Shown here: piece after piece, positions 56,500 to 64,000 of the stretch
How positions within the stretch are numbered: position 1 is the stretch's first letter
Layout: each line of letters starts with the position of its first letter
Source: Kofleriaceae bacterium
GTDB lineage: Bacteria > Myxococcota_A > Polyangia > Haliangiales > Haliangiaceae
Length of the DNA: 64,000 nucleotides
Direction: 5' to 3'
Assembly (NCBI GenBank): GCA_965215005.1
Contig: CBDCCZ010000019.1
Coordinates: 32,001-96,000 of the forward strand
Made by a program: the position numbers and the translations under genes
The notes under the pieces: generated by a model
The model's input: only the letters and a program-made list of their open reading frames with translations
Database searches by the model: none
What the model was told of the DNA's origin: nothing

Positions 56500-57639
56500 A
56501 TGGAACCCAATCGAAAACTGCGTAAGCCGGGGCTAGAGCATTTCATGAAGTTCGTGCGCGAGCTTCCCGACCAGTCGCCCCGGCAGATGTTCGAGCAGCT
56601 CGCGGGGCATGGGTATCGCGGCCAGGACGATGCGCGGCGTGCCCTGTGCCTGATGGCGTACCGGCACGTCCGCCGGATCAAGCGCATCTACCTCGATGGC
56701 GTCGATCGCAGCGAGGTCGCACGCAAGTCCAACTACCTTCTCGTTGGCCCCACCGGCTGCGGCAAGACCTTCATGGTCGAGCAGCTGTTCGGCAAGATTC
56801 TCAAGCTACCGACGGCGCTCGTCGACATCACCACCTACTCGGAAACCGGCTACGTCGGTCAAGACCCGAGCACGATCCTCACTCGGCTGCTGCACGCCGC
56901 GGATGACAATCCGATGCTCGCCTCGATTGGCATCGTCTGCCTCGACGAGTTCGACAAGATCAGCTCCGGGCAGAACAACGCGATCTTTGCCGGCGCCGGC
57001 ACTACCAAAGACGTCACCGGAATGGGCGTCCAGCGCGAGCTCCTCAAGATGCTCGAGACCAGCGAGGTGGTCGTTCCGCTCGAGCTCACGCACTCGACGT
57101 ATGGCGATCACGTGGTCATGTCCACGGCCGACATCGCCTTCCTGGCCGCCGGCGCCTTCTCCGGCTTCCAGCAGATCTCGCATCGCCGCGCGAGCCGCGA
57201 CAGCATCGGCTTTGGCCGCATTCGCGCGGCGCGCCTGGTGGGGCCGGATGCGATCGCGGTGAGCTTTACCGACGAAGAAGTCGAAAATGTCGCCAACTTT
57301 CAGGCCTACGGCTTTCTGCCCGAGCTCATTGCGCGCTTTACGCGCATCGTGCCATTTCGAGCCCTCGACGCTGCCACGCTCCGAGAAATTCTCCAGGCGG
57401 AGGTCATCGAGCGCATGGTGCGCGAGTTTGCTGGCGAAGGGTTCGAGCTGCGAGTCGATGAGGGCGTGCTCGATTTCATCGTCACCGATGCGCTCAAGCG
57501 CGAGACCGGTGCCCGCGGGCTCGCCTCCACGCTCACTCGTCACCTCGAGGACATCGCGTTCGAGGCGTTCGGCGGTGACACCGGTGGTAAGGTCGCCGTC
57601 CGCATGATAGATGGCGCCATCGCCGTCACCCGCTCGTGA
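56500..57639 (+). CDS. ClpX-like AAA+ unfoldase lacking the zinc-binding domain
   Basis: GQDDARR, GPTGCGKT, GYVG, LDEFDKI, GVQRELLKMLE, IGF, PELIAR, GARGL. Confidence 0.88.
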   Translation: MEPNRKLRKPGLEHFMKFVRELPDQSPRQMFEQLAGHGYRGQDDARRALCLMAYRHVRRIKRIYLDGVDRSEVARKSNYLLVGPTGCGKTFMVEQLFGKILKLPTALVDITTYSETGYVGQDPSTILTRLLHAADDNPMLASIGIVCLDEFDKISSGQNNAIFAGAGTTKDVTGMGVQRELLKMLETSEVVVPLELTHSTYGDHVVMSTADIAFLAAGAFSGFQQISHRRASRDSIGFGRIRAARLVGPDAIAVSFTDEEVENVANFQAYGFLPELIARFTRIVPFRALDAATLREILQAEVIERMVREFAGEGFELRVDEGVLDFIVTDALKRETGARGLASTLTRHLEDIAFEAFGGDTGGKVAVRMIDGAIAVTRS

Positions 57640-57681
57640 CCGCCAACGGAATCAGCGGCGCGGCGATTCCGTTGGAGTACC

Positions 57682-58938
<1,257 letters not shown>

Positions 58939-58940
58939 TC

Positions 58941-59612
58941 ATGGGTTTCAAAGCGCGCAGCTCCGCCAACGGCCAACCTCTCGTGGTTGCTCTGCCCAAA
59001 GGCCGAATCCTCGACGAGGCAGCCAAGCTCTTCGCAGCGGCCGGCTATGATCTCAGCCCGGTATTCGATGCCTCCCGTAAGCTGGTCTACGACTGCGGCC
59101 CGCTCAAGGTGTTGGTGCTGCGGTCCTCCGACGTGCCCGTCTACGTCGGCTACGGCGCCGCAGACGTCGGTATCGCCGGTCGTGACGTTCTCGATGAAGC
59201 CGGCGCTGATCTCTATGAGCCGCTCGATCTCGGCATTGGCGCCTGCAGCATGATCGTCGCGGAGCCAGCGGCGCGCCCGGTCGACATGCGCTCGCAGATG
59301 CACATCCGCATCGCGACCAAGTACCCGCGAATCACGCGTCGCTACCTCGAGAAAACCGGCCACACCGCCGAGGTCATCAAGCTATCCGGCGCCATCGAGC
59401 TCGGCCCGCTCACCGGGCTCGCAGACCGCATCGTGGACATCACGCAGACCGGCGAGACGCTGCGGCAAAACGGGCTGGTCGTGGTGGATACCATCATGGA
59501 AATCAGCAGCCGCTTAGTCGTCAACCCCGCGAGCTTGAAGCTGCGCTCCAATGCCGTATCCGACCTCGTCGCGCGGCTGGAAGCGGAGCTCGAGGTCGCC
59601 CGCGAGTCGTGA
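58941..59612 (+). CDS. hisG: ATP phosphoribosyltransferase (short form)
   Basis: [39 protein letters not shown]. Confidence 0.96.
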   Translation: MGFKARSSANGQPLVVALPKGRILDEAAKLFAAAGYDLSPVFDASRKLVYDCGPLKVLVLRSSDVPVYVGYGAADVGIAGRDVLDEAGADLYEPLDLGIGACSMIVAEPAARPVDMRSQMHIRIATKYPRITRRYLEKTGHTAEVIKLSGAIELGPLTGLADRIVDITQTGETLRQNGLVVVDTIMEISSRLVVNPASLKLRSNAVSDLVARLEAELEVARES

Positions 59613-59841
59613 ACCAACGGGAGACGCGATGATCGCCGAGTAGGCGTGCGTTGGCCTTAGCAGCGGGCAGCCCCGTGGGTCGGGTTGCTGCATCTGCGCC
59701 GCGGCTCGGCGGAGAATGAGCGTCGACGGCGACTCGTGAGGCGCTTGAGAAGATCGCGTCCTACTCGAGCGACTCGCCCTGCAACAGGCAGGCTCCTCGT
59801 GAGAAGCGGCGCAAGTGTAGTATTCTGTAGCGACCTGTTCG

Positions 59842-60534
59842 ATGAGCTCTGATTTACGATCGCTCGTGGCCCGTGAGCTGCGATTGCACCCGCGGGTGGC
59901 CTACCAAGGCCTCTTCGCCGGGGAAGACGCAGCGACCGAGCTCGCCGCTGCGCTGCCACCGCTGCCGCCGTTTCGCCACGACTACGCGGGCGCCATCACG
60001 GTCATCGACTGGGATCACCGGCTGCCGTCCAAGCAGCTGTGGCTACGTATTTACGCCTATTACGCGCAAGCGAGTTACGAGGCTGGCCAAGAAGCCTGCG
60101 ATGACCGTCTCGAAGAAATCGGCGCTCGCGACCGCTACCCTGAGTTTGACGTTCCCGATTTCGCCGAGCTTCCCGCCGACGAGGCGTATGAAGTCGAGCT
60201 CGCCCCCGACGGCACGATCGGACGCTGCCGGCTAACCTCCGCATGGCGACGAAGCATCGCGCGCGCCGATGCCGAGGCCGCCGTGGCGCTGGCCAAAGGC
60301 TCGGAAGAATTTGCCCGACTGGCGAGTCTCGCCGCCAAGCGGCCACGCAACCTCGGCGATCTCGAAGCCGTCTCGTGGACGCCACCATGCGAGACCCAGC
60401 ACCCGCAGTGGACGCTCGACGTCTGGTATCTACTCGCCTTCGATGGTCGCGTTGGCACCGGGCGCAGCTTCCTCATCGACCTCGACGATTCCGCGGTTAT
60501 CTCCGTGCGCGACTTCTCCGTGCGCACGGGTTAG
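59842..60534 (+). CDS. Hypothetical protein
   Basis: 230-aa ORF with coding-like composition. Confidence 0.65.
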   Translation: MSSDLRSLVARELRLHPRVAYQGLFAGEDAATELAAALPPLPPFRHDYAGAITVIDWDHRLPSKQLWLRIYAYYAQASYEAGQEACDDRLEEIGARDRYPEFDVPDFAELPADEAYEVELAPDGTIGRCRLTSAWRRSIARADAEAAVALAKGSEEFARLASLAAKRPRNLGDLEAVSWTPPCETQHPQWTLDVWYLLAFDGRVGTGRSFLIDLDDSAVISVRDFSVRTG

Positions 60535-60569
60535 AGGTCCACGGCGGCAGTCGCGAGTTGCGACCTGCC

Positions 60570-61259
60570 CTAGCGCGACTCGAGCACGCTCGGGGCCAGC
60601 TCGCGGTCGAGCGCAGCGGCAAGATCATGGGCGAGCGCGCGCTTGACCTCGTCTAAATCGAGCGCGCTTCGCGTCTCGGCGGCCAAGCTGGTCATCACCC
60701 CCGCATCAAAGCCACACGGATTGATACGCGCGAAATAGGAGAGGTCGGTGTTCACGTTGAGCGCGAGGCCGTGAAACGTGACCCATCGTCGACACGCGAT
60801 GCCTATCGACGCGAGCTTCTTGCCGCCAGTCCAGACGCCCGTCTTGCCGCTCTCGCGGCCAGCCGCAACGCCATACCTCGCGCACGTAGCGATCACTCCC
60901 TCTTCGAGATTGCGCAAGAACCGGTGCAGATCGCGCTCGCCTTCGCCGAGTGCAACGATCGGATACGCGACCAGCTGGCCAGGCCCGTGATAGGTGACAT
61001 CGCCGCCGCGCTCGATGGAGAGCACCGGCACATCACCAGGCGTGAGCACATTGGCGGCGGCCGTACGACGACGGCCGAGCGTAAACACGTGCGGATGCTC
61101 GAGGAGCAGCAGCGTATCTCGCGCGGCCTCTTCTTTGCGCGCACTCACTAGATGGAGCTGGCGCTGATGCGCAGCCGCATAGTCGATGAGACCGAGATCG
61201 ATGACGTGAAGAGCGGGCACGAGAGAGCGCCAACGTAGCGCGGCTGGAGGCGCCAGCAA
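60570..61259 (-). CDS. lipB: Octanoyltransferase
   Basis: EHPHVFTLG, RGGDVTYHGPGQ, KLASIG, HGLALN, NPCG. Confidence 0.96.
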   Translation of the reverse strand: MLAPPAALRWRSLVPALHVIDLGLIDYAAAHQRQLHLVSARKEEAARDTLLLLEHPHVFTLGRRRTAAANVLTPGDVPVLSIERGGDVTYHGPGQLVAYPIVALGEGERDLHRFLRNLEEGVIATCARYGVAAGRESGKTGVWTGGKKLASIGIACRRWVTFHGLALNVNTDLSYFARINPCGFDAGVMTSLAAETRSALDLDEVKRALAHDLAAALDRELAPSVLESR

Positions 61260-61347
61260 AGCGGCGTACCACGAGACAACGAGAGCTATGCGGCGACCGT
61301 CGACCCGCAGAAGAGGAAGTTGCCGCTAGCCGCAAGCGAGTGCGAGC

Positions 61348-61857
61348 TCAGCTGTCACGATAGCCCGCGTGCAGCTCGCGCGGCCAATAACGCACCGGCT
61401 CCACCCCCGCCGCTGCGAGCTCGGCGGCAATGCGCTCGTAGTCGTAACAGTTGAGCTCGTACTGATTGCCCCATGGGTCGACTAGATTGAACGCCCAACA
61501 AAGGTCGAAGTCGACGATGTCGACGATTTGCAAGGCTCGTCCCGCAGGGCTGTTGATCTTGCCGGGCAGCGAACGGGCGAACGCCATGAACTCCTCGGCA
61601 TCGAGGCTAAAGGCGACGCCCGTCTTCTGCGGGATCATCGGGTGCCCCTCGCTCGCCTCGAACAGCGCGAGCATCGTTCGCCCACCGTCAGCAGAGATCT
61701 GCAGTGGCCCGCCTTCGAAGCCCTTCGCCCAGAAGTCGAACCGTTCTACCGGCGTGAACCCCAGGTGCTCGGCGTACCACCGCGCTGCCAAGTCCCGGTC
61801 CGGCACCCGAATGTGCACGTGGTCGAGCCGGCCCATGCGGAACTTGGATTCGCTCAT
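61348..61857 (-). CDS. VOC/glyoxalase family protein
   Basis: LDHVHIRVPD..WY..LGF, DPWGNQYEL. Confidence 0.9.
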   Translation of the reverse strand: MSESKFRMGRLDHVHIRVPDRDLAARWYAEHLGFTPVERFDFWAKGFEGGPLQISADGGRTMLALFEASEGHPMIPQKTGVAFSLDAEEFMAFARSLPGKINSPAGRALQIVDIVDFDLCWAFNLVDPWGNQYELNCYDYERIAAELAAAGVEPVRYWPRELHAGYRDS

Positions 61858-61897
61858 CGCAGACTTTCTTTATCGAGCATGCGCGCATCCTACCTGC

Positions 61898-63076
61898 CTA
61901 ATGACAGAGGGGATGCCGCCTCATTACCTCGATTTGCTGCGCGCTAAGGGCAAACCGCTCGCTGCCGCCGGAGGGACTCATCAGATTCTCACGAAAGTCA
62001 GACTCACACGGCTCGGAGTGGCACTCCGGCGTGTCACTGAGCGGATCGTGGTCGCGACGGTCCAGCTCGCTTAGATGATAGAGCCCGAGATAATGGCCAA
62101 CCTCATGCGCCACCGTCGTGGCCACTGCGTCGAGATCGACCCGACCATCGGCGCCGACGAACGATTCCAAGCCAACCAGCACTCCAGCGGTCGGCCGCTC
62201 GCGCTCAAGCGGTCCCGGCAGCCCCAACGTATAGCCGCGTAACCCGCTGAGCGAACGCACCAGCAACACCGGAATCGTCCGCGGCTGTGAAGCCCCCGCC
62301 GCACGCGCCGTCTCGAGCATCGACTGCACCCGCGTGAGCGCATCGCGGTCGCTCTGCAAGTCGAGCTGCGTGCTTCCGAAGCTCAGCCGAACCGCCGTCG
62401 GCGTCTGCGCAACCAGCCCCGCATCCGAGAAAATCCGCCGCACGCGCCCCGCTAGCCAATCAACAGCTTCACGCGTGTGTTCCTCCGACAGCGCATCGTC
62501 GGCAACGATGAACTCCAGCGCAATCGCGCACTCCTCCGCAGGCACCGCCCCTTCCCCCGCCTGATACACCCGAATCGTGATGTCCTCATCCTCGATGCGG
62601 CCGCCGTCCCCCGCCTCCGCGCGCACCACCAACCGATACCGGCCCGGTAGCAGCTGCGTCTCCGCTCGATTGGGCACCAACCAATCCACGAACCCCGGCA
62701 CCGTCCGCGCCGCCCGCGTCACCAGCTGCCCCGCCTCCACCAAATCCTGACCATCCGGCGCCACCAGCGAGCTCAAAAAATACCGCCCCTTGCTCCCCTC
62801 CACCTCGATCAATACCGAGCGACTCGAAGCCCCTACCTCCACCGCCACCGGCTCCGACAGCCCCGCCCGAATGTGCCCCGTGTACTGCGACAACACCACG
62901 TCATCGAACGGCGCATCCCATCCATCCCCCACCGAAGCCGCACACGACAGCTGCGCCACCATCGCCAGCACCAGCAAAGCAGCGGGCCGCCCGCGATCCA
63001 GCAAGAACCGCAGGCGGCCAAGGGGGAGGCACTTCCGCACCATTCCCCTCATCAGCAACATTAGTGCCCATCGCAA
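61898..63076 (-). CDS. Zinc metalloprotease (metzincin, M43-like), probably exported
   Basis: AHEVGHYLGLYH, DTP, NLM Met-turn; start probably downstream of the track start. Confidence 0.8.
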   Translation of the reverse strand: MRWALMLLMRGMVRKCLPLGRLRFLLDRGRPAALLVLAMVAQLSCAASVGDGWDAPFDDVVLSQYTGHIRAGLSEPVAVEVGASSRSVLIEVEGSKGRYFLSSLVAPDGQDLVEAGQLVTRAARTVPGFVDWLVPNRAETQLLPGRYRLVVRAEAGDGGRIEDEDITIRVYQAGEGAVPAEECAIALEFIVADDALSEEHTREAVDWLAGRVRRIFSDAGLVAQTPTAVRLSFGSTQLDLQSDRDALTRVQSMLETARAAGASQPRTIPVLLVRSLSGLRGYTLGLPGPLERERPTAGVLVGLESFVGADGRVDLDAVATTVAHEVGHYLGLYHLSELDRRDHDPLSDTPECHSEPCESDFRENLMSPSGGSERFALSAQQIEVMRRHPLCH

Positions 63077-63572
63077 ACAGTGACCCAGCCCGCAATTCCA
63101 CCCTCCCCTCCGCCACCAAGCGCTTGATATCCAACAGATCGCTACCCCGCCGCCTCACCCCCTAGGTGGCAACTGTCCCCGCCACCCGGTCGCATCCGGA
63201 CCGCCCGCCGCCGAGCCAGCGGGCGTTCTTTCGTCGATCCATCGTCTGCTCTGGCTCATCCACCACCAAGACCGGCACGAAGCCGCCCGTTCCCGCAGTC
63301 GATCTTGCAAGCGGCTCCGAGCTAAGCCTCTTGCGCCATTACTGAATTCGGTGCGAAGCCACCCCTGTTCGACGCGAATAGCCGGCGTCACTTTCGCCGC
63401 TCGCCGCCAAACTCCTCCAACATCGCCGCACCCTCCGCCGCGCTCCACCGCCCGGCGGGGCAGGGTCTTGTCCCTGATCTCGATCTCGTTGATGGTTCAT
63501 GCCGTCGTACTGACCATGAAGCCGCCCATCGCAGTAGGTGCGGGAAGTCGGGCGGATACCGCTAATCCTTAG

Positions 63573-64000
63573 CTAGAGAAGATTGCACGCTACAGTTGAC
63601 GCAGCGACTTTCTGGATGGCTTCAGGCGCGCTCGGAAGCCAAGGAAGTTGCTCCGTAGACCACGCGACGACACTGCCGTCTTCCGATCCTGTTATTACAG
63701 AAGAGTCTTGCATGCGAACAAACAGAACCGGCTGATGATGAGCTCCAATCGCAGCGCGACGCCCAGTATTCAGGTCCAGAAGAGTCACGCGACCAGATTT
63801 ATGGCCGACAGCGAGCACGTCTCCGGTGCGTGAGAGATCAACGGTAGTAGCGCTTGCAAATGGAGGAAGAGGAATCGATGTGTCACTTATCAGGTCACGT
63901 ACGAGCAGCTCACCGTCACTAGCAAGGGATGCGAGACGAGAGCCATCTTCGCTTATTACTGTGAAAACTACCGGTGCGGCGTGAGTATGTGCGTAGCTCA
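63573..64000 (-). CDS. WD40-repeat protein, C-terminal part (runs off the window)
   Basis: Frame open to the window end: SEDGSRLASLASDG, LAVGHKSGRV, HHQPV, ITGSEDGSVVAW. Confidence 0.75.
   Translation of the reverse strand, partial: SYAHTHAAPVVFTVISEDGSRLASLASDGELLVRDLISDTSIPLPPFASATTVDLSRTGDVLAVGHKSGRVTLLDLNTGRRAAIGAHHQPVLFVRMQDSSVITGSEDGSVVAWSTEQLPWLPSAPEAIQKVAASTVACNLL

Overview
The window joins two very different DNAs. Positions 1 to ~28,070 look like a very GC-rich alphaproteobacterial (Rhodobacterales-like) mobilisable plasmid. It carries a ~14.7 kb orphan sugar/sugar-phosphate cluster: two ABC importers, three PfkB domains (one fused to a LacI HTH), an M42-like hydrolase, BtpA/SgcQ, an eIF2B-alpha-like protein and a SIS protein. 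Next come two exported DUF1524/HNH nucleases and orphan or decayed genes. The backbone has ParA plus a small partner flanked by an 8-bp-phased CTAG array, RepA with six iterons and two DnaA boxes, IS630 and IS3 remnants, oriT and a MOBQ relaxase. From ~28,070, starting inside a headless histidine kinase, the sequence reads as a Myxococcota-like chromosome: Ser/Thr kinase and FHA module, RHH/GNAT toxin-antitoxin pair with an internally deleted toxin, a 78-bp hairpin repeat array, a sigma-54 activator/REC/HDOD cluster, ftsQAZ with candidate -24/-12 promoters, aroE, xseA, cysS, grxC, murI, a ClpX paralogue, murA, hisG and lipB. Many single-base frameshifts, including one in essential cysS, suggest indel errors in the assembly, so pseudogene calls are cautious. 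The best candidate for an undescribed system is the LacI-PfkB / eIF2B-alpha-like / SIS / ABC regulon together with its sgc-like neighbouring operon. All assignments come from motif reading only; no searches were run.
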